This document shows, one piece after another, positions 37,512 to 46,342 of a stretch of 64,000 nucleotides of DNA. This DNA comes from a virus, in the IMG/VR virus record IMGVR_UViG_3300031857_000029. The stretch is one strand, 5' to 3'. Both the position numbers and the translations under genes were made by a program. The notes beneath the pieces were generated by a model. That model was not told the DNA's origin and did not search any database. It worked only from the letters and a program-made list of their open reading frames with translations. Every line of letters starts with the position of its first letter. Position 1 is the stretch's first letter.

Positions 37512-38210
37512 ATGAAAAAAGAAGAACTTAAACAAATGATTCGGGAAGAACTCAAATCAGTATTAAGTGAACAGGCCTATCAATGGTGGATGAAACCAGC
37601 TGAAGCAGAAACGCCGGACGCCCATTTAAATCCAAGTCAAGTTCACGAAGATGTCGAAGATTCTGTAAATGAAGATGAATACGATAAAAAGCGTGACCAA
37701 CACCCATATTGGGGGCAAACTGGTCGTCCATATACCCCAAAATCATACGGTAAACCAAAAACTCCGGCAAAGAGTTTTCGCCAAGTATTTACAAGAGCTT
37801 TGGTTGCAACAAAAATCAAATATAAAGATGCTGAAGGAAAGGAACACGAAGCTACGGTGTCATCTTTATTGAAGTATCCAAAAGACCATCCTGGATATAA
37901 AGCAGCTGCCAGATTATATGCATCTAGTATGGCACGAGCACCAAAAGATGAAGGTGTATGTGAAGGAGAGGGGTGTTTAGACGAAAAGTCAGTTCCCCAA
38001 CCATACAACCGTAAAAGTGCTCGTAAAATGAGTAGATCTCAAGTAGAACTTCGTAAAAAAATTGGTCAAGCTATGATGCGAGATGAAAAGAAGGTCAGTA
38101 AGTTCCGTAAAAAGTATGGTGACGAATGGAAAGACTATCTTTGGGCATCAGCATCAGCCGCAGCATTCAGACAAAGTGGTGGTAAAAGTGATGATAAGCG
38201 GAAAAAATAA
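37512..38210 (+). CDS. Putative internal head protein
   Basis: SD GAGG favours ATG 37512; LKQMIREE leader, several LxE sites. Confidence 0.7.
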   Translation: MKKEELKQMIREELKSVLSEQAYQWWMKPAEAETPDAHLNPSQVHEDVEDSVNEDEYDKKRDQHPYWGQTGRPYTPKSYGKPKTPAKSFRQVFTRALVATKIKYKDAEGKEHEATVSSLLKYPKDHPGYKAAARLYASSMARAPKDEGVCEGEGCLDEKSVPQPYNRKSARKMSRSQVELRKKIGQAMMRDEKKVSKFRKKYGDEWKDYLWASASAAAFRQSGGKSDDKRKK

Positions 38211-39397
38211 TGAAGTATTCATCATTTTTTAATTTTGAACAATACCACCATCCTCACAAAAGACACGACCCACCTGGGTCAGAAGATGCAGATGTGAATA
38301 ATGATGGTAAAGTTGACAAAAATGACAAGTATATAATGGCAAAACGCCGGTTATACAGACAATATCAAGCAGCACAAAAAGATAAAAAAGCTACAGAATT
38401 TTCTACACCAAAGTTGGAGAACAACATGATTAGATTGTCAGCACTAGTGAATCTACAGGCATTAAAAGAAGAATCACACGAAGAACCAACACCAGCTCCA
38501 ACTGTAGCTGTTGATAAAAAGTCACGGGTTGAAATGAAGCTTAAGAAGCTTAAAGAAATGCAAATGACCCCAGACCAAGAAAAGAAAGTTGATGAACTCT
38601 TGGCTCAATATGAAGAATTGTCTGCTAAACAAAAACAACTTGATGTAGACAAAGACGGCAAGATTGAAGGTGATGATTTAGCAAAACTTCGTGCAGGTAA
38701 AACTGACGAAAAGTTAGATGCTGTCGGTCAAGAAGATGGTGATGTTGATAATGACGGAGATAAAGACTCATCTGATAAGTACTTACAAGCTCGTCGGGAT
38801 ACTATTGGTAAGGCAATGAAGAGTGAAGGTAGTGGTGAAGACCACGAAGCATCTATGGCAAACTCTACTTTAGATTCAATTATCAAGCACGCAACCGAAC
38901 TTAAGGGTAAGATTGGAATGGAAGAAAAGGACATTCCAGCATGGATTCAAGACCACATCGCAGTTGCTGAAAATAATCTTGACCAAGCAAATACCAGTTA
39001 TCACGAATATGGCGATGAAGAAATGACTGATAAGCCAGTTGACCAAGATATGGCAGCTATGGCAGAATCAGTTAACGAAGGTGCTCCCGAAGGATGGGAA
39101 AAGACCGTTAAAGCAATGAAAAAACACAAGGAAATTGATAATCCTTGGGCACTTGCAAACTGGATGAAGAAGAAAGGATATAATCCAAAAAAAGAAGAAA
39201 CCGAAGAAGCAGTAACTATAAAACCACAAGGTGGGTTAGCAGCTGCTATCTCGGCATATAAAAATACACCAACACATAGTTCAAAGCAACATGTACAAGT
39301 GATGCCAGCACACAAACCAGGTGACACTTGGAAGACTGACAGTGGTAAGACAGCAAAGAAAAATTCAGATGGAACTATTTCTTACACAGTAAATTAA
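38210..39397 (+). CDS. Putative internal head protein with EF-hand/dockerin-like Ca-binding loops
   Basis: DVNNDGKVDKND, DVDKDGKIEGDD, DVDNDGDKDSSD. Confidence 0.7.
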   Translation: MKYSSFFNFEQYHHPHKRHDPPGSEDADVNNDGKVDKNDKYIMAKRRLYRQYQAAQKDKKATEFSTPKLENNMIRLSALVNLQALKEESHEEPTPAPTVAVDKKSRVEMKLKKLKEMQMTPDQEKKVDELLAQYEELSAKQKQLDVDKDGKIEGDDLAKLRAGKTDEKLDAVGQEDGDVDNDGDKDSSDKYLQARRDTIGKAMKSEGSGEDHEASMANSTLDSIIKHATELKGKIGMEEKDIPAWIQDHIAVAENNLDQANTSYHEYGDEEMTDKPVDQDMAAMAESVNEGAPEGWEKTVKAMKKHKEIDNPWALANWMKKKGYNPKKEETEEAVTIKPQGGLAAAISAYKNTPTHSSKQHVQVMPAHKPGDTWKTDSGKTAKKNSDGTISYTVN

Positions 39398-39398
39398 T

Positions 39399-39755
39399 AT
39401 GGTAGCCAAATTTATTTCTCTTTTACTTTCTAGTAGACAACAAGCACACATCTTTCATCTTCAAACTTCTTCATATGCTGCACATAAGGCGTTACAAGAA
39501 TATTATGAAGGAATCGTGGATTTAGTTGACGCTTATGTAGAAGCTTATCAAGGTCGATATGGTATTCTCAAAGGATATATGCCAACTAATACTATTTTAG
39601 AAGATGACTCAGTAGTTAGCTATTTTACAGGTCTTCAAAAGTTTGTAGACGAAACCCGTGGTCAACTTCCACAAGACGGTGAACTTAATAACACTGTTGA
39701 TGAAATTGCCGCAGTAATATCTAGTACGATTTATAAACTCAAATTCCTCAAATAA
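39399..39755 (+). CDS. Ferritin/Dps-like protein (DUF5856-like)
   Basis: H.FHLQT.SYA.HKAL..YY....DL.D..VE.YQG.YG. Confidence 0.75.
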   Translation: MVAKFISLLLSSRQQAHIFHLQTSSYAAHKALQEYYEGIVDLVDAYVEAYQGRYGILKGYMPTNTILEDDSVVSYFTGLQKFVDETRGQLPQDGELNNTVDEIAAVISSTIYKLKFLK

Positions 39756-39756
39756 T

Positions 39757-40059
39757 ATGAAATACAGAGATTTTTTTCCAGAAGGATATTCAGACGGTAC
39801 TTCGTTTCCCCAAACCAAAGCAGATTTTGGTCAAGAAAAGCCAGAAGAAATGCCAGAAACCGACCCACAAGATTTAGCAGTTCGGTCGGCTCGTATCAGT
39901 GATATTCTCGAACGAAATACCCCAACCAGTCCAGAAAAGTGGGCGAAGGCAAAGGCAGCAGCACGTTCGAAGTTCAAGGTTTATCCATCTGCTTACGCCA
40001 ATCTCTGGGCAGCAAAGAAATATAAGAGTATGGGCGGTGGTTGGAAGAAGGGAAAGTAA
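39757..40059 (+). CDS. Small basic hypothetical head-region protein
   Basis: KFKVYPSAYAN.WA.K.YK..GGGW. Confidence 0.75.
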   Translation: MKYRDFFPEGYSDGTSFPQTKADFGQEKPEEMPETDPQDLAVRSARISDILERNTPTSPEKWAKAKAAARSKFKVYPSAYANLWAAKKYKSMGGGWKKGK

Positions 40060-40214
40060 TGATTAAGTTAATGGACCTTATACCAGAAGAATGGACAAAA
40101 AAGTATAAGAAATCCATTAATTGTAGTAATCCCAAAGGCTTTAGTCAAAAAGCCCATTGCGCTGGTCGCAGAAAGCGGAAGCGTGGTGGTACAACTAAAT
40201 CAAAACCAGTATGA
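40059..40214 (+). CDS. Small basic protein (51 aa, MIKLMDLIPEEWTKKYKKSINCSNPKGFSQKAHCAGR...)
   Basis: Fills the gap exactly with TAATG and ATGA overlaps; missing from the ORF track. Confidence 0.75.
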   Translation: MIKLMDLIPEEWTKKYKKSINCSNPKGFSQKAHCAGRRKRKRGGTTKSKPV

Positions 40215-40540
40215 CACAATTCGCTGATATATTAGTTGAAGTATCAATCGACCTTGACGAAAAGTACAAGACTAAAGGTAGTCTTGGTAAGTGGCTTCGT
40301 CAAAAGTGGGTTGATATTTCTCGTAAAGATAAAGACGGTAAGCATCCACCGTGTGGAGCTTCCGCTGGTAAAAAGGAACGAAAGGGCGGGTCATCAAAGT
40401 ATCCAAAGTGTCGTCCAGCTCGTTCCGCAGCAGCAATGAGCAAAGGTGAAAAGCGGTCAGCAGTAGTTCGTAAGAGAAAAGCAGGTAATCCAGGTGGAAA
40501 ACCAACAATGGTGTCCACATTCAAGAAGGAAGAAGAATAA
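40211..40540 (+). CDS. Small basic protein (DUF5872-like)
   Basis: L.KW..QKWVDI, CG, YPKCRP, AV.RKR. Confidence 0.7.
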   Translation: MTQFADILVEVSIDLDEKYKTKGSLGKWLRQKWVDISRKDKDGKHPPCGASAGKKERKGGSSKYPKCRPARSAAAMSKGEKRSAVVRKRKAGNPGGKPTMVSTFKKEEE

Positions 40541-40956
40541 TGGAAAACTTAACTGAAGCTTGTTGGGAAGGATATAAGCAAGTAGGGATGAAAGACAAAA
40601 GTGGTAAAATGGTCCCAAATTGCGTTCCTATCAACGAAGAAGATATCATTGAAGAATATTGTCCACGTTGTTTGGCAACTGAAATAGTACGGGCAGCAAC
40701 TCAACCATTAGAAGAAGCCGAATATCACGGTCGTAAAGTTTCTCTTGGAAAACCAATGCGTGGGGACGTAAAAAAGTTCAAGGTGTTTGTCAAAGACCCA
40801 AGTACCGGAAACGTCAAGAAGGTTAACTTCGGTGACAAGACGATGCGAATCAAGAAGTCCAATCCCGCTCGCCGTAAGTCATTTAGAGCAAGACACAACT
40901 GCGATACCCCAGGCCCACGGACAAAGGCAAGATACTGGTCGTGTCGGAAGTGGTAA
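40540..40956 (+). CDS. Small protein (DUF6321-like)
   Basis: CWEGY...VPNCVP; KKFKVFVK....VKKVNFGD...RRKSFRARHNC...YWSC.KW. Confidence 0.75.
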   Translation: MENLTEACWEGYKQVGMKDKSGKMVPNCVPINEEDIIEEYCPRCLATEIVRAATQPLEEAEYHGRKVSLGKPMRGDVKKFKVFVKDPSTGNVKKVNFGDKTMRIKKSNPARRKSFRARHNCDTPGPRTKARYWSCRKW

Positions 40957-40957
40957 T

Positions 40958-41167
40958 ATGAAAGTCTCCAGAAAGATATCTGACGCTATATTAAAGAAAA
41001 TGAAGTATACATTCAATCCAGAAGAATTTCATATGGGAATGAATGTAGAGATGGAACATCAAGATGTGACTAATGGAAATGTGGTCAAAACAGCAAAAAT
41101 AGCTGCCGCCCACTTGACAGAGAACCCAAAATATTATACATTACTTAAGAAGTATGTGGAGAAATAA
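40958..41167 (+). CDS. Small protein (DUF5661-like)
   Basis: MG..VEMEH...AKIA.AHL.E.P.YY..L; true start probably ATG 40958. Confidence 0.7.
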   Translation: MKVSRKISDAILKKMKYTFNPEEFHMGMNVEMEHQDVTNGNVVKTAKIAAAHLTENPKYYTLLKKYVEK

Positions 41168-41168
41168 A

Positions 41169-41507
41169 ATGGCATTATTAAAAGATTTACTCAGCGAAGT
41201 TACCAGTCAAGTTCCACGTAGAGTTCAATTGATGCGTGTAGAAGCGGTATTAGAAAACATCGCACCACAACTTAAGGAAGCTGACCAAAAGAAGCTTGCA
41301 GAAGTGTATATTGAATTAAAGCAATTAGCAGAAATGCTAAACGAAACTCCATATACTATCTTTAACGCAAACCAATGGGGTTTACTGGAAATGGTATTAA
41401 AGGGTAAAGTAGCGGAATTCAAGTTACTCGCAGAAGATATTGCAGAAGATAATAAAGATGTCGATGTCTGGCCATTGGCAACAGCACTCGACACCGTTCT
41501 CATTTAA
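41169..41507 (+). CDS. Hypothetical protein
   Basis: SD GGAGA before ATG 41169; leader MALLKDLLSE. Confidence 0.7.
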   Translation: MALLKDLLSEVTSQVPRRVQLMRVEAVLENIAPQLKEADQKKLAEVYIELKQLAEMLNETPYTIFNANQWGLLEMVLKGKVAEFKLLAEDIAEDNKDVDVWPLATALDTVLI

Positions 41508-41517
41508 GTGAGGGGTT

Positions 41518-43404
41518 ATGGCAGATACTAGTATTTACGGCCGCCTACGGAAACTGTTCGCAACAAATACAGTTGTCCGAAATGTAGGTGGAAAGAAGTT
41601 AAAAGTCGCTGATACCGACAATATCCAGTCGTTTATTAATAGACGGGGCATTGACCGATATCATCGAGTTTATTCGTCTATGACAGGTGGATATGGTGCT
41701 TCGGGTGGTCGTTATGAATCCGCAGCAGCATTCCAAGGGTCACGTTTACAATTGTTCCGTGATTATGATATGATGGATAATGACCCAATCATTTCATCAG
41801 TAATGGACATCTACGCTGACGAATCAACCGTAAAGGACGAATTCGGTCAAGTACTTAGTATCCGCTCAAAAAATCAACAAATCCAAGATATTCTCCATAA
41901 CTTATTCTATGACGTATTGAACGTTGAGTTCAATCTCTGGCCTTGGGTCAGAAATATGGCTAAGTATGGGGACTTTTTCTTATTCCTAGATATTGATGAA
42001 AAGTATGGTGTCGTAAACGTCATTCCTCTTTCTGTGTACGAAACCATCCGTATTGAAGGCCAAGACCCAGGCAATCCATTCTCTGTTAAGTTCAAAGTAG
42101 AAAATGATTTCTTGGCACTTGGTAAAAAAGAATTTGACAATTACGAAGTTGCACATTTCCGACTACTTTCAGATACTAACTTCCTTCCATATGGTAAGGC
42201 AATGGTTGAAGGTGGTCGTCGTGTGTGGAAGCAATTGCAATTGATGGAAGATGCGATGTTGATTCATCGTATCATGCGTGCACCAGATAAGCGTAAGGTG
42301 TTGGTTGATGTTGGAAACATTCCACCAGCAGAAATCGATACACATATGCAACGTATCATCGACCGTATGAAGAAGGTACCACTCGTTGACCCAAAGACTG
42401 GTGATTACAATCTTCGTTACAATATGATGAACATTACAGAAGATTTCTATCTTCCTGTTCGTGGTAAGGATTCTGGTACAGATATTACGAATCTTCCAGG
42501 CCTTCAATTCAATGCTATCGAAGATATTGAATACCTTCGTAACAAGTTAATGGCAGCATTCAAGGTACCAAAGTCATTCCTTGGATACGAAGAAGATAAT
42601 AGTGGTAAAGCATCATTGGCAGCACAAGACGTTCGTTTCGCACGAACCATTGAACGTATTCAACGCATTATGGTGTCAGAACTTACCAAAATTGCAATCA
42701 TTCACTTATACGTTCAAGGATTCACCGACGAAGACCTTATCGACTTTGAATTAGAAATGACTTCACCATCGGTCATTTACGAACAAGAAAAGTTGAATCT
42801 TTGGAAGGAAAAGGTTGGATTGGCTAAGGATATTGCAGATAGTAAGTTCTTATCACGTGACTGGATTTACCATAACATTCTTCAAATTGCAGAAGATGAT
42901 GCACGGTCAGAACAAGAAAAGATAGTGAAGGATGTGGAATGGGTTGGTAAGGCAGAAGCAGTACAACAACAAGCCGCACAACCACAACAACCGCCAATGG
43001 GCCCAGAGGGACAACCTGCTGAACCAGAAGCTGGAGAAGAACAGCCAGCGGAAGAACCAGAAAAATTAGATACCGTAGACGCGGTGTTAGCCTCATTAGA
43101 AGACATGCCAGAAGAAGAGGAAGTTGTAGATGATACAGAATTGGAAGAAGCCAAAATGGGTCGTCCTAAGACTGGTATGCAATTTGGCCAAGATAGTCAC
43201 CCACGCGGTCGCGACCCATTAGGTCATAAAGAAAATCTTGGCGCACTAAGAGTAGGGCAACAACGTAAACCATCTAGAAAATCCCCACTTTCGTTAGAAA
43301 ATCACGAAGTTTCTAACTTAATTAAACAATTAAACGCCCATAAAATCGCACCAGAAACCTCTAGTATCTTAAACGAAGAAAATATCTTAGACATAGAAAA
43401 CTAA
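41518..43404 (+). CDS. Portal protein (gp20-like)
   Basis: EDAMLIHRIMRAP..R...VDVGN.P, EDFYLPVRG...T.I..LPG, YL..KL..A.KVP. Confidence 0.95.
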   Translation: MADTSIYGRLRKLFATNTVVRNVGGKKLKVADTDNIQSFINRRGIDRYHRVYSSMTGGYGASGGRYESAAAFQGSRLQLFRDYDMMDNDPIISSVMDIYADESTVKDEFGQVLSIRSKNQQIQDILHNLFYDVLNVEFNLWPWVRNMAKYGDFFLFLDIDEKYGVVNVIPLSVYETIRIEGQDPGNPFSVKFKVENDFLALGKKEFDNYEVAHFRLLSDTNFLPYGKAMVEGGRRVWKQLQLMEDAMLIHRIMRAPDKRKVLVDVGNIPPAEIDTHMQRIIDRMKKVPLVDPKTGDYNLRYNMMNITEDFYLPVRGKDSGTDITNLPGLQFNAIEDIEYLRNKLMAAFKVPKSFLGYEEDNSGKASLAAQDVRFARTIERIQRIMVSELTKIAIIHLYVQGFTDEDLIDFELEMTSPSVIYEQEKLNLWKEKVGLAKDIADSKFLSRDWIYHNILQIAEDDARSEQEKIVKDVEWVGKAEAVQQQAAQPQQPPMGPEGQPAEPEAGEEQPAEEPEKLDTVDAVLASLEDMPEEEEVVDDTELEEAKMGRPKTGMQFGQDSHPRGRDPLGHKENLGALRVGQQRKPSRKSPLSLENHEVSNLIKQLNAHKIAPETSSILNEENILDIEN

Positions 43405-43472
43405 CGAAGTGGGAATTATCATACTATTTAATATATGATAAGGTATTTATTCACTTATGGCGGATTATTTTT

Positions 43473-44345
43473 ATGAAATCAAGTATTAAGCATAATAAGT
43501 TGAGAAACACCGGCATCCTCTTTGAATTGTTAGTCCGTCAAATCACATCTGATGTGATGGAAAACAAGAAAGATGGGGCAGCTGTTAAGTTAATGCGTGA
43601 ATTCTTTAATTCCAAAAAGGAATTGGGGAAGGAACTTATGTTATACCGTGCATTTTTCAATGTTCAGAATCTATCTGAGCAAAAGGCATTCCAATTGTTG
43701 AAGTTGGTTACCGAACAACGGAAGAATCTCGACCAACATGCATTAGACACTCAAAAATACCTTTTAATTAAAGAAATTAAAAAGAACTTTGACTTGAAGG
43801 AATTCTTTGCAGCACGTATTCCATCGTATAAGATTTACGCATCAATCTACAAGAGTTTTGATGCAGCAACTAACGGAATCAGTGATACGACTACAATTGA
43901 AGAGTTGGCAAACAGTCAATTCACTATCGTAGAACATCTTTCTGGTAAGATTCTTACAAAAGAAATTAAAGAACATAATGAATTGGCATCTATCGTTCGT
44001 AGTCAAGATGATGATATCCGTTTCCTTTCTTATAAGATTTTAGTTGAACGTTTTAATGAAAAGTATAAGGGATTAGACGAAGCACAAAAGAAATTATTAC
44101 AAGAATATATCTATAACATTTCTAATACATCTAAACTAAAGACATATACCCAAGGTGAAAGTCGTAGATTAGCAAAGGAAATCGCACAATACAGTAAGAA
44201 AGTATCGGACAAAGTTGTTCGCATTAAGTTATCGGAAGTTGTATCCCAACTTCAAAAGGTACAAATTGCTGTTGTGATTAAGGAAAATCACATGACTGCG
44301 ATGTTGATTGGATATGAAATTCTTAAGGAGCTTAAGTCATTATGA
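43473..44345 (+). CDS. Hypothetical head-assembly protein
   Basis: Between portal and protease; preceded by TATTTAAT at 43425. Confidence 0.75.
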   Translation: MKSSIKHNKLRNTGILFELLVRQITSDVMENKKDGAAVKLMREFFNSKKELGKELMLYRAFFNVQNLSEQKAFQLLKLVTEQRKNLDQHALDTQKYLLIKEIKKNFDLKEFFAARIPSYKIYASIYKSFDAATNGISDTTTIEELANSQFTIVEHLSGKILTKEIKEHNELASIVRSQDDDIRFLSYKILVERFNEKYKGLDEAQKKLLQEYIYNISNTSKLKTYTQGESRRLAKEIAQYSKKVSDKVVRIKLSEVVSQLQKVQIAVVIKENHMTAMLIGYEILKELKSL

Positions 44346-44830
44346 CAAACGAAGAAAAACTCCGCACTATCATCCGTAAAATGTTACAAGAAGAACTAGA
44401 CGAAATGACAACCACAGCAAATGTTGCTGGGTATAATATTCCTATGGCATTTCAAGGAAATAATCCTAAGAATAAGGCACGTAAGAAGGGTATTGCAACA
44501 CAATTAGGAATGCAATTAACTCCTAAAGGTGAAAAAGATTTAAACCGACCAGCAGATAAACTAGAAACCCTTGCAGAAGCAAAGGTAAGATATCACGAAT
44601 ATAAGAAAGATGAAAGTGCAACTCCAACACAAAAGATTGCCAAGGCCATTTCAGAAGTCAATCGTAGTCTTGAAGAAATGGAAAGAGTGTTAAAGATGAA
44701 TACTCGTTTACAAAAGGAATCTGGAATTGCTAGTGAAGCACTTTATCGCCGTACTCAACAAGGACTTTTAAAACTAGAAGCACGGTTACTTCACCTCGCC
44801 GGTAAAGTACGGGACATCAGAGGAAAGTAA
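44342..44830 (+). CDS. Hypothetical head protein
   Basis: Coupled ORF; L..IIRKMLQEELDE leader. Confidence 0.75.
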   Translation: MTNEEKLRTIIRKMLQEELDEMTTTANVAGYNIPMAFQGNNPKNKARKKGIATQLGMQLTPKGEKDLNRPADKLETLAEAKVRYHEYKKDESATPTQKIAKAISEVNRSLEEMERVLKMNTRLQKESGIASEALYRRTQQGLLKLEARLLHLAGKVRDIRGK

Positions 44831-44831
44831 T

Positions 44832-45419
44832 ATGAAGAACTTATTAGTTGAATATAATGTCATTGAATATGGAAAGGATTTATTAGCTGAAGCGGCTGAT
44901 GTTAGTAAGCCATTAATGTTAAAGAATGTCCTTCTCCAACGTGCTGAAGCAAAAAATCAAAACGGACGTATTTACCCACGTGAAGTATTACAACGTGAAG
45001 CTGGATTGTATAAAGAAAACTTTGTAGTCCAACGCCGTGCACTTGGGGAATTAGACCATCCAGAAAGTCCAGTAGTTAATCTTAAAAATGTATGCTGCAA
45101 TGTGACTGAACTATGGTTTGAAGGCCAAGATGTTCGTGGAAATATTGAAATTCTTTCCACTCCATCAGGTAACATTGTCCGTGAACTCATCAAGAATAAC
45201 ATTCGTCTTGGTGTATCTTCTCGCGGAATGGGTTCAGTAAGTCCAATCGGTGAAAATACCGTAGAAGTTGGTGATGACTTCGCACTTATCTGTTTTGATA
45301 TCGTCAGTAACCCAAGTACCCACGGTGCATTCATCAACGAAAGTAAGAAGGCACAAATCGTTACTCAATACTCACGTATCGACTCTCTTGTATACGATTT
45401 CCTCAGTGAAGTAAAATGA
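44832..45419 (+). CDS. Prohead core protease (gp21-like)
   Basis: KN.NGRIYP, ALGELDHP, TP.G.I, GVSSRGMGS, FDIVSNPS. Confidence 0.95.
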   Translation: MKNLLVEYNVIEYGKDLLAEAADVSKPLMLKNVLLQRAEAKNQNGRIYPREVLQREAGLYKENFVVQRRALGELDHPESPVVNLKNVCCNVTELWFEGQDVRGNIEILSTPSGNIVRELIKNNIRLGVSSRGMGSVSPIGENTVEVGDDFALICFDIVSNPSTHGAFINESKKAQIVTQYSRIDSLVYDFLSEVK

Positions 45420-45979
45420 AACTAGCGAAGGAATTTGTTAAGTTTACCATTAAAGAATTGGGATTAAAATCATTACCTAAGAGCATTAAGTTCGAAGGTG
45501 ATGATTATTCTGCGCAACATTTAACATTTGGAACTTACAATCCTTCTACTGATGAAATCGTTGTAGTCAAGGGGCAACGTCATCCTATCGATGTATTACG
45601 TACGTTAGCTCACGAATTGGTGCATCACAAACAACGTGAAGATGGACAAGAATTGAATGGCGAAGATGGGTCAAATACAGAAAACGAAGCAAATGCAAAA
45701 GCTGGCGAATTGATGAGAAAATTCAGAACCGTTCGTCCAGAAATATTTAATGTTGGTCCTTGGGGATTTCATACCAATATGGAAAATAAGATTCAATCTA
45801 TCCTAAGTGCAGCAAAAACTGGTAAACCAGCAAAGATTGATGAAACCTACGTAGACCAATATACTGCCAAGTTATTAATTACAGTGGCACACAATCTATC
45901 CCCAAAGAATAGAACAGAGTTTTACAACGAATCCATCGATAAGATGGTAGAATTAGCATATAAATTAGTTACTCGGTAA
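45416..45979 (+). CDS. Zincin-like metallopeptidase domain protein
   Basis: RTLAHELVHHKQ (HExxH) and downstream ENEANA. Confidence 0.7.
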   Translation: MKLAKEFVKFTIKELGLKSLPKSIKFEGDDYSAQHLTFGTYNPSTDEIVVVKGQRHPIDVLRTLAHELVHHKQREDGQELNGEDGSNTENEANAKAGELMRKFRTVRPEIFNVGPWGFHTNMENKIQSILSAAKTGKPAKIDETYVDQYTAKLLITVAHNLSPKNRTEFYNESIDKMVELAYKLVTR

Positions 45980-45991
45980 CCCGGAGGTAGT

Positions 45992-46210
45992 ATGTACGTT
46001 GAAGTAAAAGGTGATAAACAATCTGATTTAGAACGAGCACTCCAACAGTTCGTTAAGCAAGTCAAAAAAGCAGAATTGATGGAAGATTTAAAGAAGAAAG
46101 AATTCTATTTGAAGAAGTCCAAGAGACTCCAAAAGAAGAGCCAAGACGCCCTCCGCAGAAGAAAGCGTGAAGAGAGTAAGGCGCAGAAGAAGAACAATAA
46201 TACATTTTAA
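45992..46210 (+). CDS. rpsU: Ribosomal protein bS21 homologue
   Basis: V.V......LERAL..F.K.V....L...LKK.EFY.K.S pattern; 72 aa, basic; SD GGAGGT. Confidence 0.85.
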   Translation: MYVEVKGDKQSDLERALQQFVKQVKKAELMEDLKKKEFYLKKSKRLQKKSQDALRRRKREESKAQKKNNNTF

Positions 46211-46342
46211 CTAAAAATTGATGTTTTACAAAAAACAGTAATATATATTTAATAGTACACCTCATTTGGGGTGTGATTTTGTTGTATATAATCTGTTAAT
46301 GACTCATAATAGTCATTTTAATTCTCATAGGAGAGAAACTTT

